Positions 1 through 12,290 of a DNA stretch of 64,000 bases are shown here, piece by piece. Source of the DNA: Rhodanobacter denitrificans (GTDB lineage Bacteria > Pseudomonadota > Gammaproteobacteria > Xanthomonadales > Rhodanobacteraceae); NCBI GenBank assembly GCA_003241385.1, contig QFPO01000008.1, forward strand, positions 98,759-162,758. Reading direction: 5' to 3'. The notes below the pieces were generated by a model. It did not search any database. It saw only the letters and a list, made by a program, of their open reading frames with translations, and was not told the origin of the DNA. Made by a program: the position numbers and the translations under genes. Positions within the stretch are counted from its first letter, which is position 1; each line of letters starts with the position of its first letter.

Positions 1-1901
1 GGACGCGCCTGACCCGGCAGCTTGGCGCCCGGCACGACGGTCTGCGCGCGGCCGTCGAGATTGACCAGGGTCGCGTCGATCTCCGGCAGCAGGCCGATCG
101 GCAGGATCACGTCCGCGACCTGCTTGAGCGTCTCGCTGGCGTAGGCCGAGAACGCGACGACGCTGTCGGCATCGACCAGGGCGCGCCACGCGGCCGCATC
201 GGCCACGTCGTCGGCCGATTCGATGCCGTAGAGCAGATAGGCCTTGCGCGGCGTCGCGACCATCGCGCGCGCGTCGAGTCCGTCGCCGTCGGGCAGCACG
301 CCGTGTGCGGCCAGGCCGATCGCATTGGCGCCGAGCGGGATCTCGTCGTAGGCCGCGCCGGTGGCGGTCGCGACGAAGCGCGCCGCCGCGCGCAGCACCG
401 AGGCCTGCGGATGCAGCGTCGCCATCTCGCCGACGACGATCGCGGCCGAGCCCGCCTCGGCGAGGCGCTTGATCAGCGCCGCCGCATCGGTGCCCGCGTC
501 GCGGCCCGCGATCGCATCGGCGAGCGCGCCCGACTCGGGCAGACGGCCGCCGTCGTTGGCGGCCTTGGCCAGATCGAGCAACGCGCCGACCAGGGCCTGC
601 GGCGCCAGTATCTGCTTGCCGGCCAGCGGATAGGTCGCCTCGAAATCGAGCGAGCCGATTACATAGACCTGGGCGCCGCGCCGCACTGCCTTGCGCAGGC
701 GTGCGTTCAGCAGCGGCAGTTCGCTGCGCGGATTGCAGCCGACCAGGACGACGACGCCGGCCTGCTCGATCTCGGCGAACGGACGCGCGAACGGCACCGC
801 CGCGGCGCCGTCGGACAGATCGAGCTGGCGCAGGCGGTGGTCGATCGAGCGGCTGCCGAGACCGCGCACGAGGCGGCCGAGCAGATGCCCCTCCTCGTTC
901 GAGGTGGCCGGATGCACGAGCGCGCCGAGCGAGGGCCCGGCGTGGCGCTTGAGCGCCTCGGCCGCGACCGCGATCGCGTCGTCCCATTCCACCTCGGTCC
1001 AGGCGCCGTTGCGCTTGACCTGCGGCTTCTTCGCGCGGTCGGCCGCGTACAGACCCTGATGGCTGTAGCGGTCGCGGTCCGACAGCCAGCATTCGTTGAT
1101 CGATTCCTCGTCGCGCGGCACCGTGCGCAGCACTTCGCCGCGGCGCGTATGCAGCCAGAGGTTGGAGCCGAGCGCGTCGTGGTAGGCGATCGACTCGCGC
1201 GCGATCAGCTCCCAGGCGCGGGCCTGGAAGCGGAACGGCTTGTTGGTCAGCGCGCCGACCGGGCACACGTCGATGACGTTGCCGGACAGCTCGCTCATCA
1301 GCGGCTTGCCGACGTAGGTGCCGATCTGCAGGCGCTCGCCGCGCTCCATGCCGCCGAGCTCGTAGGTGCCGGCGACCTCGGACATCACGCGCACGCAGCG
1401 CGTGCACTGGATGCAGCGCGTCATCTCGGTCTGCACCAGCGGACCGAGGTTCTCGTCGGGGATCACGCGCTTGCGCTCGGCGAAGCGGCTGACCGAGCGG
1501 CCGTAGCCCATCGACAGATCCTGCAGTTCGCACTCGCCGCCCTGATCGCAGATCGGGCAGTCGAGCGGATGGTTGATCAGCAGGAATTCCATGACGTTGC
1601 GCTGCGCCGAGAGCGCGCGCTGCGACTGCGTGAACACCTTCATGCCGTCGGCGACCGGGGTCGCGCAGGCCGGCTGCGGCTTGGGCATCGGCCGGCCGCC
1701 CATCTCGACCTCGACCATGCACATGCGGCAGTTGGCCGCGATCGGCAGCTTCTCGTGATAGCAGAAGCGCGGGATCGCGATGCCGGCACGGTCGGCGGCG
1801 GCGATGATCATCGAGCCCTTCGGCACCGCCATCGAGCGGCCGTCGATCTCGATCGAGACGTGGTCCGGCGGCAGGTTCGGATCGGCAGGCTGAGCGCTCA
1901 T
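1..1901 (-). CDS. nuoG: NADH-quinone oxidoreductase subunit G (3' end runs off the window)
   Basis: Absent from the ORF track because its stop is outside the window. ATG at 1901-1899 overlaps the nuoF stop (ATGA). Reads [21 protein letters not shown]...[19 protein letters not shown]...[14 protein letters not shown]...CIQCTRC, the NuoG Fe-S motifs. Confidence 0.97.
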   Translation of the reverse strand, partial: MSAQPADPNLPPDHVSIEIDGRSMAVPKGSMIIAAADRAGIAIPRFCYHEKLPIAANCRMCMVEVEMGGRPMPKPQPACATPVADGMKVFTQSQRALSAQRNVMEFLLINHPLDCPICDQGGECELQDLSMGYGRSVSRFAERKRVIPDENLGPLVQTEMTRCIQCTRCVRVMSEVAGTYELGGMERGERLQIGTYVGKPLMSELSGNVIDVCPVGALTNKPFRFQARAWELIARESIAYHDALGSNLWLHTRRGEVLRTVPRDEESINECWLSDRDRYSHQGLYAADRAKKPQVKRNGAWTEVEWDDAIAVAAEALKRHAGPSLGALVHPATSNEEGHLLGRLVRGLGSRSIDHRLRQLDLSDGAAAVPFARPFAEIEQAGVVVLVGCNPRSELPLLNARLRKAVRRGAQVYVIGSLDFEATYPLAGKQILAPQALVGALLDLAKAANDGGRLPESGALADAIAGRDAGTDAAALIKRLAEAGSAAIVVGEMATLHPQASVLRAAARFVATATGAAYDEIPLGANAIGLAAHGVLPDGDGLDARAMVATPRKAYLLYGIESADDVADAAAWRALVDADSVVAFSAYASETLKQVADVILPIGLLPEIDATLVNLDGRAQTVVPGAKLPGQAR

Positions 1902-3211
1902 GCGGCCACCTCCAGCTGCGCATCGACCAGCGAGCGGCCGTTCGCGATGTAGTACTCGAACTCGTGCCAGAAATGGCGCAGGAAGCCCTGCACCGGCCAG
2001 GCCGCCGCTTCGCCGAACGCACAGATCGTGTGGCCTTCGATCTGGCCGGCGGCCGCCTTGAGCATGTCCAGGTCGCCGAGCTGGGCCTTGCCCTCGACGA
2101 TGCGCGTCAGCAGCCGGTACATCCAGCCGGTGCCTTCGCGGCACGGCGTGCACTGGCCGCAGCTTTCCTTGAAATAGAAACGCGCGATGCGCTGGCAGGC
2201 GCGCACCATGCAGGTGGTCTCGTCCATCACGATGACCGCGCCGGAGCCGAGGCCCGAACCGGCCTTCTGGATCGCGTCGTAGTCCATCGTCAGGCCCATC
2301 ATCGTCTCGGCCGGCAGCACCGGCATCGACGATCCGCCCGGGATCACCGCCTTGAGCTTGCGGCCGCCGCGCACGCCGCCGGCCATCTCGAGCAGGTCCG
2401 CGAACGGCGTGCCGAGGCGGATCTCGAAGTTGCCGGGCCGGGCGACGTGGCCGGACACCGAGAAGATCTTCGGACCGCCGTTGTTCGGCTTGCCCTGGGC
2501 GAGGAACCAGTCGGCGCCCTTGCGCAGGATCGCCGGCACCGAGGCGTAGGTCTCGGTGTTGTTGATCGTCGTCGGCCGGCCGAACAGGCCGAAGTTGGCC
2601 GGGAACGGCGGCTTGAAGCGCGGCTGGCCCTTCTTGCCTTCGAGCGACTCCATCAGCGCGGTTTCCTCGCCGCAGATGTAGGCGCCCGCGCCGAGCGCGG
2701 TGTGGATGTCGACGTCGATGCCGCTGCCCTGGATGTCCTTGCCGAGCAGGCCGGCCGCGTAGGCCTCCTTCAGCGCGGCCTCGAAGTGCTCGAACGGCTC
2801 GTGATGGAACTCGCCGCGCAGGTAGTTGTAGGCGACCGTCGAGCCGGTGCAGTAGCACGCGATCGCCAGACCCTCGATCACCGCGTGCGGGTTGAAGCGC
2901 AGGATGTCACGGTCCTTGCACGTGCCGGGCTCGGACTCGTCGGAGTTGCACAGGATGTACTTCTGGCCGGGCGCGGTGCGCGGCATGAACGACCACTTCA
3001 GGCCGGTCGGAAAACCGGCGCCGCCGCGACCGCGCAACGAGGATTTCTTGATCTCCTCGATCAGCACGGCCGGATCGGGCTTCTCGGCCAGGATCTTCTT
3101 CCAGGCCTGCCAGCCGTCGACCTTGAGATAGTTGTCCATCGACCACGGCTGATCGAAATGCAGCGTGGTGTAGACGACCTGGTGTTCCGCGGGGGCGGGA
3201 CCGACTGCCAT
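1898..3211 (-). CDS. nuoF: NADH-quinone oxidoreductase subunit F
   Basis: [31 protein letters not shown] and [12 protein letters not shown] motifs. Confidence 0.98.
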   Translation of the reverse strand: MAVGPAPAEHQVVYTTLHFDQPWSMDNYLKVDGWQAWKKILAEKPDPAVLIEEIKKSSLRGRGGAGFPTGLKWSFMPRTAPGQKYILCNSDESEPGTCKDRDILRFNPHAVIEGLAIACYCTGSTVAYNYLRGEFHHEPFEHFEAALKEAYAAGLLGKDIQGSGIDVDIHTALGAGAYICGEETALMESLEGKKGQPRFKPPFPANFGLFGRPTTINNTETYASVPAILRKGADWFLAQGKPNNGGPKIFSVSGHVARPGNFEIRLGTPFADLLEMAGGVRGGRKLKAVIPGGSSMPVLPAETMMGLTMDYDAIQKAGSGLGSGAVIVMDETTCMVRACQRIARFYFKESCGQCTPCREGTGWMYRLLTRIVEGKAQLGDLDMLKAAAGQIEGHTICAFGEAAAWPVQGFLRHFWHEFEYYIANGRSLVDAQLEVAA

Positions 3212-3223
3212 CGGAATGCTCGC

Positions 3224-3747
3224 TTACTTCAGTTCGTCGAGAATCTCGTCCACCTTCGCGGCGTCGAGGTTCTCGTGGTAGTGGCCGTTGACGACCATCA
3301 TCGGCGCGCCGCAGCAGGCGGCCAGACACTCTTCCTCGGTCTTGAGGTAGATGCGGCCGTCCGGCGTGCTCTCGCCGAGCTTGATGCCGAGCTTCTTCTC
3401 GCAGTGCTTGACGATGCCTTCGGCGCCGTTGAGCCAGCAGGAGATGTTGGTGCAGATCGCGACGTTGTTGCGGCCGACCGGCCGGGTCTCGAACATCGAG
3501 TAGAAGCTCGCCACCTCGAACGCCCAGACCTGCGGCAGATCCAGATAGCGCGCGACTGCGACGATCAGCGCATCGGTGAGAAAGCCGCCGTTCTGCTCCT
3601 GCGCCGCGAACAGCGCCTGGATCAGCGCCGAGCGCTTGCGGTCCGGCGGAAACTTGGCGACCCAGTGGTCGATGTGGTGGCGCGTGTGCTCGCTGAGCAG
3701 CGCCAGCGGGTCGACGTCCTTGATCTCCTCGTAGGTCCCGGTCGCTT

Positions 3748-3751
<4 letters not shown>
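3224..3751 (-). CDS. nuoE: NADH-quinone oxidoreductase subunit E
   Basis: Last 175 aa of ORF 3224..5545 (MKATGTYEE...). [14 protein letters not shown] and ECLAAC 2Fe-2S motifs; ATGA overlap with the nuoD stop. Confidence 0.96.
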
Positions 3752-5001
<1,250 letters not shown>

Positions 5002-5004
5002 GGC

Positions 5005-5721
5005 CTACTGTCCGCCGCGTTCGGCTGCGGCCTGTTCGTAGCGCGAATCGTCGCGAATCGTGCGCGGCACCAGCACCCGCGGCTCGACCGAGCTGACCGG
5101 TTCGTAGACGACGCGGCGCTTGTCCGGGTCGTAGCGGACCTCGACGTTGCCGATCAGCGGGAAGTCCTTGCGGAACGCGTGTCCGACGAAGCCGTAGTCG
5201 GTCAGGATCCGGCGCAGGTCCGGATGGCCCTCGAAGACGATGCCGAACAGGTCGAACGCCTCGCGCTCGAACCAGTTGGCGCCGGCCCAGATGCCGGTCA
5301 GCGTGGCGATCGAGGGCAGCTCGTCGTCGGCGCAGTAGGCGCGCAGACGCAGGCGCCGGTTGTGCGTCAGCGACAGCAGGTGCACGACGACCGCGAAGCG
5401 GTTCGGGATCTCGACCGCACGCGGCCGGTCGCTCCAGCCGAAGCGGCCCGCGCTCTCGCCTTCGACGCCGCGCGAGAAGCCCTGCGACGAGACGTCGGTG
5501 GTGTCCCATTCGGTCTGGCCGTAGCTCAGATAGTCCATGCCGCACAGGTCGATCAGCTGCTCGAACGCGAATGCCGGCTCGTCGCGCAGGATCTGCGCGA
5601 CCGCCAGCCAGTTCTCCGGCAACACCTCGATCGTGAGCTGGCCGCCGGACGCGTCGGCGCGTACCAGCTTCTGGCCGAGGCGTGCCTCGAGCTGGCCTAT
5701 GAACGGAGTCGGGTCGGACAT
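5005..5721 (-). CDS. nuoC: NADH-quinone oxidoreductase subunit C
   Basis: [36 protein letters not shown]. Start placed at MSDPTPF. Confidence 0.96.
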   Translation of the reverse strand: MSDPTPFIGQLEARLGQKLVRADASGGQLTIEVLPENWLAVAQILRDEPAFAFEQLIDLCGMDYLSYGQTEWDTTDVSSQGFSRGVEGESAGRFGWSDRPRAVEIPNRFAVVVHLLSLTHNRRLRLRAYCADDELPSIATLTGIWAGANWFEREAFDLFGIVFEGHPDLRRILTDYGFVGHAFRKDFPLIGNVEVRYDPDKRRVVYEPVSSVEPRVLVPRTIRDDSRYEQAAAERGGQ

Positions 5722-5728
5722 GGCGTTC

Positions 5729-6273
<545 letters not shown>

Positions 6274-6283
<10 letters not shown>

Positions 6284-6630
6284 TCGAGCGCCCCTTTCTT
6301 CCAGACGTAGACGAAACCGATCACCAGCATGCCGAGGAACACACCCATCTCGACGAGGCCGAGCAGGCCGAGTTCGCCGAAGACCGTAGCCCACGGGAAG
6401 ACGAAGGCGATCTCGAGATCGAAGATGATGAAGAGGATCGCGACGAGGTAGTAGCGCACGTCGAAACGCATGCGCGAGTCCTCGAACGCCTCGAAGCCGC
6501 ATTCGTAGGCTTCGAACTTCTCGGCTGCGGGCTTCTTCGGGCCGAACAGATTGCCGAGGACCAGCAGGGCGACGCCGATCACGGCTGCCACCGCCAGGAA
6601 CAACAGGACGGGGAAATACTCGGAAAGCAC
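6274..6630 (-). CDS. nuoA: NADH-quinone oxidoreductase subunit A
   Basis: [26 protein letters not shown] start 5 nt after GGAGG. Confidence 0.97.
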
Positions 6631-6699
6631 ACGCACCTCCGCGCCGACGGCGCATCAGCGGCTGCCGCGGAGGCCCGCGGCAACGACGGTTACCTAAAT

Positions 6700-6784
6700 T
6701 GGTGCCCAAGGGGGGACTCGAACCCCCACAGCTTTCGCCGCTACCACCTCAAGGTAGTGCGTCTACCAATTCCGCCACCTGGGC
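6700..6784 (-). tRNA. tRNA-Leu (GAG), encoded CCA, long variable arm
   Basis: Reverse complement GCCCAGGTGGCGGAATTGGTAGACGCACTACCTTGAGGTGGTAGCGGCGAAAGCTGTGGGGGTTCGAGTCCCCCCTTGGGCACCA; anticodon arm CTACC-TTGAGGT-GGTAG; typical secG-tRNALeu-nuoA context. Confidence 0.97.
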
Positions 6785-6791
6785 AACGCTA

Positions 6792-7247
6792 TCAAGCTCC
6801 GTCCTTCTTGCTCGGCTCCGGCTTGGATTCGTCCGGCTTGCCTTCGGCAGGCGGCGTCTCCGGGACCGGTGCGGGCTGCGCCGCCGGTGTGTCGCCCGCC
6901 GCCGGTGCCGAGGCCGCCGGCACGTCCCCGCTCGGAGCGGGTGCCGGAGTCTCGGGCGGCGCCGGTGCGGTCACGCCGGCCATCACGCCCAGGTCGTCCG
7001 CCGGTGCCACTGCGGGACGACTGTGGTAAATGCCCATGCCAAGGCTGAGCAGGAAGAACAAACCGGCCAGGACCGCCGTGCTGCGCGACAGGAAGTTCGC
7101 CGAACCGCGCGCACCGAAGACGGTTGCCGATGCGCCGCCACCGAAACCCGACCCTGCCGCGGCGCCGGCGCCGCGCTGCATGAGGATCAGGACGATCATG
7201 GCGATCGCCACCAGCACATAGAACACGTAGGCAATGATGGTCAGCAT
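6792..7247 (-). CDS. secG: Preprotein translocase subunit SecG with Pro/Ala-rich C-terminal tail
   Basis: ILMQRGAGA..GSGFGGGASATVFGARGSANFLSRST, two TM helices, downstream of tpiA. Confidence 0.96.
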   Translation of the reverse strand: MLTIIAYVFYVLVAIAMIVLILMQRGAGAAAGSGFGGGASATVFGARGSANFLSRSTAVLAGLFFLLSLGMGIYHSRPAVAPADDLGVMAGVTAPAPPETPAPAPSGDVPAASAPAAGDTPAAQPAPVPETPPAEGKPDESKPEPSKKDGA

Positions 7248-7297
7248 CGTTTGCTTGGCTTAGATGAACCGGGCGCGCGAGCGCTCCGGCCGATCGA

Positions 7298-8050
7298 CTA
7301 GCGCCGCGCCGTGCCGGCGGCGGCGATAGACAGAAAATCCGAGGCGACCAGTGACGCGCCGCCGATCAACCCGCCGTCCACGTTCGGTTGCGCGAAGAGC
7401 TCGACCGCATTCGATGCCTTCACGCTTCCGCCGTAGAGAATCCTCAGCGAGCTCGCAATTGTAGCATCCCGTCCGGCCAATGTGTCACGGATGAATGCAT
7501 GAACCGCCTCGGCCTGCTCCGGCGTCGCGGTGCGCCCGGTGCCGATCGCCCAGACCGGCTCGTAGGCGACGACCGCCGAGGCCAGCGCGCCGATGCCGGC
7601 CGCAGCCAGCACCGCGTCGAGCTGGCGCGCCACGACGGCCTCGGTGCGGCCCGACTCGCGCTCCTCGAGCGTCTCGCCGACGCAGAGGATCGGCGTCAGG
7701 CCGGCGCCCTGCGCCGCGACGAACTTGGCCGCGACCAGCGCATCGGATTCGGCGTGGTACTGGCGGCGCTCCGAATGCCCGACCAGTACGTAGACGCAGC
7801 CGACGTCGGCCAGCATCGCCGCCGACACCTCGCCGGTATAGGCGCCCTGCGCATGCGCGCTGAGGTCCTGCGCACCGAATGCCAGGCGATCGCCGTGCGC
7901 GGCGATCAGCTCGGCCAGGTACGGAAACGGCGGCAGGATCGCCAGGTCCACGTCGGCCGGCGCATCGGCGCGCAAAGCGCCGACCAGCTCCGCGGCCATC
8001 GTCCGCGAACCGTGCATCTTCCAGTTGCCTGCCACCAGCGTGCGACGCAT
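7298..8050 (-). CDS. tpiA: Triosephosphate isomerase
   Basis: VAGNWKM, GHSERR, AYEPVWAIGTG, LYGGSV, GGASL. Confidence 0.98.
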   Translation of the reverse strand: MRRTLVAGNWKMHGSRTMAAELVGALRADAPADVDLAILPPFPYLAELIAAHGDRLAFGAQDLSAHAQGAYTGEVSAAMLADVGCVYVLVGHSERRQYHAESDALVAAKFVAAQGAGLTPILCVGETLEERESGRTEAVVARQLDAVLAAAGIGALASAVVAYEPVWAIGTGRTATPEQAEAVHAFIRDTLAGRDATIASSLRILYGGSVKASNAVELFAQPNVDGGLIGGASLVASDFLSIAAAGTARR

Positions 8051-8075
8051 CGAGGTCTCCTCGTCGTAGCCGCCT

Positions 8076-8104
8076 AGCATAGCCGGCTGCTCGATCGCGG
8101 ACAA
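8076..8104 (-). promoter_or_regulatory. Putative sigma70 promoter of tpiA
   Basis: TTGTCC-17 nt-TATGCT on the minus strand, about 25 nt before the ATG. Confidence 0.5.
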
Positions 8105-8150
8105 CGCCGCACGACCGTGCCGACCACAGCCGTGCGCACCGGTCGGCGCA

Positions 8151-9851
8151 TCACGGGCACTGCACCGGCGGCCGGTTGCAGACGAAGGCGACTACTCGCC
8201 GCCGCTCGAGCACATCGGCGGTCACGTCGACGAAGCGCCCCGCCTGGTAGCTGAGGAAATGCGCGTGTCGTGCGAGTGCGGCGTCGAGCGCCGGCGAGAG
8301 ATTCAGATAGACGATCTCGCCGCGGTCGAGGCGCGACGGACTGACGTCGCGGCGCAGATCGGTGGCCGCCAGCGGCAGCATCGGCCAGACCTGTGACGCC
8401 TCGGCGGCGCCGACCGGGACCAGGTGGTACCACGGCGTATGTTCGCTCTGGAACAGGCAGCGGCCGACGTGCGCGAAGTCCGGATGGATCGCCTTGACGA
8501 CCTCGTCGGCGACCCAGGTGAACATCCAGTTGCCGGTATCGAGCAGATAGACCTGGCAGCGCGGGCGATCCAGATCGAGCCGGTCGATCGTCGCGACCGC
8601 CGCATCGGCGATCGAGCGCTGCTGCGAGGTCATCTCGCGGTAGCGCTCGGCGAGGCGCTGCGAGGCGGGCAGCCAGACCGACACCAGGATCAGGGCGGCA
8701 ACGCCGGCCAGCCAGCGGGCCATGCGATCGTGACGACCGCCATAGCCGAGTGCGGCAGCGGTAGTCAGCCCCAGGCCGATCAGCGCGGTGTAGTAGTAGC
8801 GCGCGTCGACGACGAGCTTGAGCGCGTCGGCATCGACCGGGATCGACGGATCCGAATGTCCCGTGAGCGGCCACTGCAGAGCCGCCGGCACCGCCCACAC
8901 CACCGCACCCGCCAGCAGCATCCGCACGCGCGCGCCCGACCACGGGCTCGCCGCGGCCGCGAGGAGCGCCAGAGCCAAGAAGGCCCAGCCGAGACCGCAG
9001 ACCCACCGCCAGATGCCGGATAGAGCCGGCAGATAGCCGACGAAATCGATCCAGCCGCGCAGCCAGGACGCCATGCCACGCAGCGCCAGGTCGACGATCG
9101 ACTGCGCGTTCACGAGACCAGTCGCGGCCGGATCGGCCAGCACGCAGGCCCGCGCCGTCAGGAACAGCGCGCCGAGCGCGATCAGCACGATACCGGCTCC
9201 GCACCGCTCGCGCAGCATGCGCGTCGGCGACGGCGCGACCGCCAGCACGAAGGCCGCCGCCAGATAGGTCAGCCCGATCTCCTTGGACAGCAGCGCGAGC
9301 GTCAGCCAGACCAGGCAGAGCACGCCCTGGCGCGCGGTACGCTCGTGTCCGTACGCGGCGGCGCTCGCCAGGCCGAGCAGTCCGAACACCGCCGCCAGCA
9401 GATCGAAACGATCGGCCAGCCACAGGCTCGTACCGATGCCGATCGGATGGACCACGAACGCCAGCGCGAGGCTCCAGCCGAGCCGGCGCCCGCCGCCGAA
9501 CACGCGCACCACGCGCCAGAGGGCGGCGGCGACGGCCACGTGCAGTGCCAGATTGATCGTGTAATGCCAGCGCGCATCAGCGCCGAACGCGGCTTCGGTC
9601 AGCCACCACAGCGCCATCCCCAGGGGGCGATAGAACAGACTGCCGCCGATGTGATCCGTGTAGAACGGCGCGAACGGCGTGTCGAGAAAGCGGACCACGG
9701 CGAGCATGCCGAAGTCGTCGAGCAGAAAGTAGCCGCCAAGCGCGGCGCGGTACGCCGCGAACGCGGCCAACGCGAGGACGGCCGTAGCCGCCCAGCGCCC
9801 GAGCGCGTCACGCGCGGCCACCGGACGCGACGAGGCCGGCTCGCCGTTCAT
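8151..9851 (-). CDS. Polytopic membrane protein, GT-C (PMT/ArnT-like) glycosyltransferase candidate
   Basis: C-terminal 566 aa of ORF 8151..11288 from MNGEPASS. About 10-12 hydrophobic segments; YFLLDDF after TM1, FYRPL, ALLSKE; soluble C-terminal domain. Start uncertain. Confidence 0.65.
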   Translation of the reverse strand: MNGEPASSRPVAARDALGRWAATAVLALAAFAAYRAALGGYFLLDDFGMLAVVRFLDTPFAPFYTDHIGGSLFYRPLGMALWWLTEAAFGADARWHYTINLALHVAVAAALWRVVRVFGGGRRLGWSLALAFVVHPIGIGTSLWLADRFDLLAAVFGLLGLASAAAYGHERTARQGVLCLVWLTLALLSKEIGLTYLAAAFVLAVAPSPTRMLRERCGAGIVLIALGALFLTARACVLADPAATGLVNAQSIVDLALRGMASWLRGWIDFVGYLPALSGIWRWVCGLGWAFLALALLAAAASPWSGARVRMLLAGAVVWAVPAALQWPLTGHSDPSIPVDADALKLVVDARYYYTALIGLGLTTAAALGYGGRHDRMARWLAGVAALILVSVWLPASQRLAERYREMTSQQRSIADAAVATIDRLDLDRPRCQVYLLDTGNWMFTWVADEVVKAIHPDFAHVGRCLFQSEHTPWYHLVPVGAAEASQVWPMLPLAATDLRRDVSPSRLDRGEIVYLNLSPALDAALARHAHFLSYQAGRFVDVTADVLERRRVVAFVCNRPPVQCP

Positions 9852-9910
9852 GGCGCGTACGGCCGCAGCGGCCGGCCCGTCGCGTTGGGCGGCGCTGCGC
9901 TCAAGCCTGG

Positions 9911-10849
9911 TCACACCAGCTTGATCTCGCGCAGGCGCTGCATCAGATAGTCGTTCGCGGTGATCGGCTCGGGGTAGCGGCTCGGATTGTCGGCGCTCAC
10001 GCACGAGGGCAGCACGTCGAGCACGACGTCGGGATTGGGATGCAGGAAGAACGGCACCGAATAGCGCGACACGCGCGCCTGCGCATTGGCCGGATTGACG
10101 ACGCGATGCGTCGTCGACGGATAGACGTGGTTGGTCAGCCGCTGCAGCATGTCGCCGATGTTGACGACGATCGCATCGCCCTGGGTCGTGATCGGCAGCC
10201 AGTCGCCTTCGCGCGTCAGCACTTCCAGGCCCTCGGCGCTGGCGCCGACCAGCAGCGTGATCAGATTGATGTCCTCGTGCGCGCCGGCGCGCACGTTCGG
10301 CACGTCCGGCGCCGTGATCGGCGGGTAGTGTAGCGGCCGCAGGATCGAGTTGCCCGAATCGGTGCGCCGCTCGAAGAAGTGCTCGGGCAGATCGATGTGC
10401 AGCGCCAATGCGCGCAGCACGCGCGAGCCGAGCTGGTCGAGCGCCTCGTAGAGGCCGTAGCCGTACTCGCGGAACGCCGGCACCTCGGCCGGCCACAGAT
10501 TCGGCGGCATGACCTGCGCGTACGCCGAATCGCGCGGAATCTCGCGGCCGATGTGCCAGAACTCCTTGAGGTCGGGATGACGCGAATCCTTGGCGGTTTC
10601 GATGCCGAACGGCGTATAGCCGCGCGCGCCGCCGGAGCCCGGCACGTGGTAGCGGCGCTTGACCGCCTCGGGCAGCGCGAAGAAGCGCCGGAACGCCTCG
10701 TAGGCGCCGTCGATCAGCGCCGGCGCGATGCCGTGCCCGCTGATGCAGCAGAAGCCGAACTCGCGGTACGCCGCGCCGAGTTCGGCGACGAAGGCGGCGC
10801 GATCGGTGTCGTAGCGGCCGATGTCGAGCGTGGGGACCTGGCGGCTCAT
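9911..10849 (-). CDS. 2-oxoglutarate/Fe(II)-dependent oxygenase, isopenicillin N synthase family
   Basis: VPTLDI...EFGF..ISGHGI, HEDINL (HxD), STTHRV, RYSVPFF (RxS). ATGA overlap with the glmM stop. Confidence 0.92.
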   Translation of the reverse strand: MSRQVPTLDIGRYDTDRAAFVAELGAAYREFGFCCISGHGIAPALIDGAYEAFRRFFALPEAVKRRYHVPGSGGARGYTPFGIETAKDSRHPDLKEFWHIGREIPRDSAYAQVMPPNLWPAEVPAFREYGYGLYEALDQLGSRVLRALALHIDLPEHFFERRTDSGNSILRPLHYPPITAPDVPNVRAGAHEDINLITLLVGASAEGLEVLTREGDWLPITTQGDAIVVNIGDMLQRLTNHVYPSTTHRVVNPANAQARVSRYSVPFFLHPNPDVVLDVLPSCVSADNPSRYPEPITANDYLMQRLREIKLV

Positions 10850-12198
10850 GCGCGCGTCTCCGCGGCCGAGCGGACCGCCGCGGCGAGTTCCTCGACCAGG
10901 CGGCGCACCTGGTCGGCGTCGTCGGCCTCGACGGTGACGCGCACCAGCGGCTCGGTGCCGGACGGACGCAGCACGACGCGCCCCTTGCCTTCGAGCTCGG
11001 CCTGGACGCGTCGCAGCACCGTCTGCACGCCCTGATCGGCGACCAGGGCGGCGCCACCGGCCGCGCGGATGTTGACGGTGGTCTGCGGCACCTTGTGCAT
11101 GCCGGCGACCGCCTCGTCGAGCGCGTGCCCGTTGCGCGCGAGCGCGTCGAGCACCTGCAGCGCGCTGACGATCGCATCGCCGGTGGTCGCGCGGTCCAGG
11201 CACAGCATGTGACCGGAGGTCTCGCCGCCGAGCACGCCGTCGTGCTCCTTGAGCGCCTGTAGCACGTAGCGGTCGCCGACGCGCGCACGCAGGAACGGCA
11301 CGCCGAGCGCGGCGACGGCCTGTTCGAGGCCGTAGTTGCTCATCAGCGTGCCGACCACCGGTCCGCGCAGGCGCCCGCTCGCGGCCCAGTCGGTCGCGAG
11401 CAGGTACAGCAGCTGGTCGCCGTCGATCAGGCGGCCGTGGCGGTCGGCCATCTGCAGCCGGTCGCCGTCGCCGTCGAAGGCGATGCCCAGATCGGCGCCC
11501 GATTCGACCACGGTGCGGCCGAGCGCGGCCGGCGCGGTCGCGCCGCAGTCGCGGTTGATGTTGAGGCCGTTGGGCTGGGCGCCGATCGTCGTCACCTGGG
11601 CGCCGAGCTCGTCGAACAGCACCGGCGCGATGTGATAGGTCGCGCCGTGCGCGCAGTCGAGCACGACGTGCACGCCGTGCAGATGGAACGCGCGCGACAC
11701 CGAGGACTTGCAGAACTCGATGTAGCGCGCCGCGGCGTCCTCGATCCGCACCGCCTTGCCGAGCCGGTCGGACGGCACGGTCGTGAACGGCGTGTCGAGC
11801 TCGCGCTCGATCGCCTGCTCGACCGCGTCGTCGAGCTTCTCGCCGGTCGAGGAGAAGAACTTGACGCCGTTGTCCTGATACGGATTGTGCGAGGCGCTGA
11901 TCACGATGCCGGCATCGGCGCGCAGCGACCGCGTCAGATACGCCACCGCCGGCGTCGGCATCGGACCGAGCAGGCGCACGTCGGCGCCGGCCGCGAGCAG
12001 ACCCGCCTCCAGCGCCGATTCGAACATGTAGCCCGATACGCGCGTGTCCTTGCCGATCAGCACCAGCGGCCGCTCGCTGCCGCTGGCCAGCACGGCACCG
12101 GCCGCGCGGCCGAGCCTGAGCATGAACTCGGCCGTGATCGGCCAATCGCCGACCCGGCCGCGGATGCCGTCGGTTCCGAAGTAGGTGCGTTCGCTCAT
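10846..12198 (-). CDS. glmM: Phosphoglucosamine mutase
   Basis: [33 protein letters not shown]. Confidence 0.97.
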   Translation of the reverse strand: MSERTYFGTDGIRGRVGDWPITAEFMLRLGRAAGAVLASGSERPLVLIGKDTRVSGYMFESALEAGLLAAGADVRLLGPMPTPAVAYLTRSLRADAGIVISASHNPYQDNGVKFFSSTGEKLDDAVEQAIERELDTPFTTVPSDRLGKAVRIEDAAARYIEFCKSSVSRAFHLHGVHVVLDCAHGATYHIAPVLFDELGAQVTTIGAQPNGLNINRDCGATAPAALGRTVVESGADLGIAFDGDGDRLQMADRHGRLIDGDQLLYLLATDWAASGRLRGPVVGTLMSNYGLEQAVAALGVPFLRARVGDRYVLQALKEHDGVLGGETSGHMLCLDRATTGDAIVSALQVLDALARNGHALDEAVAGMHKVPQTTVNIRAAGGAALVADQGVQTVLRRVQAELEGKGRVVLRPSGTEPLVRVTVEADDADQVRRLVEELAAAVRSAAETRA

Positions 12199-12239
12199 CT
12201 ACAAGCCTTCCCCTCGTGGTCCGGATGTTCGCTGCGCCC

Positions 12240-12268
12240 AAACGCAAACGCCCCGCGGAGCGGGGCGT
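12240..12268 (-). terminator. Probable intrinsic terminator after dksA
   Basis: Minus strand ACGCCCCGC-TCC-GCGGGGCGT followed by TTGCGTTT. Confidence 0.65.
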
Positions 12269-12290
12269 CGCAGAGGAGGCGCGCGGCGGA

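Noticed and set aside
6661..6784. tRNA-Leu as an integration site, and the hairpin at 6661-6684 as a terminator
   Set aside because: No integrase or duplicated tRNA 3' end, and nuoA follows directly. The hairpin has no U-tract. ORF 6699..7301 is just the tRNA/secG antisense.
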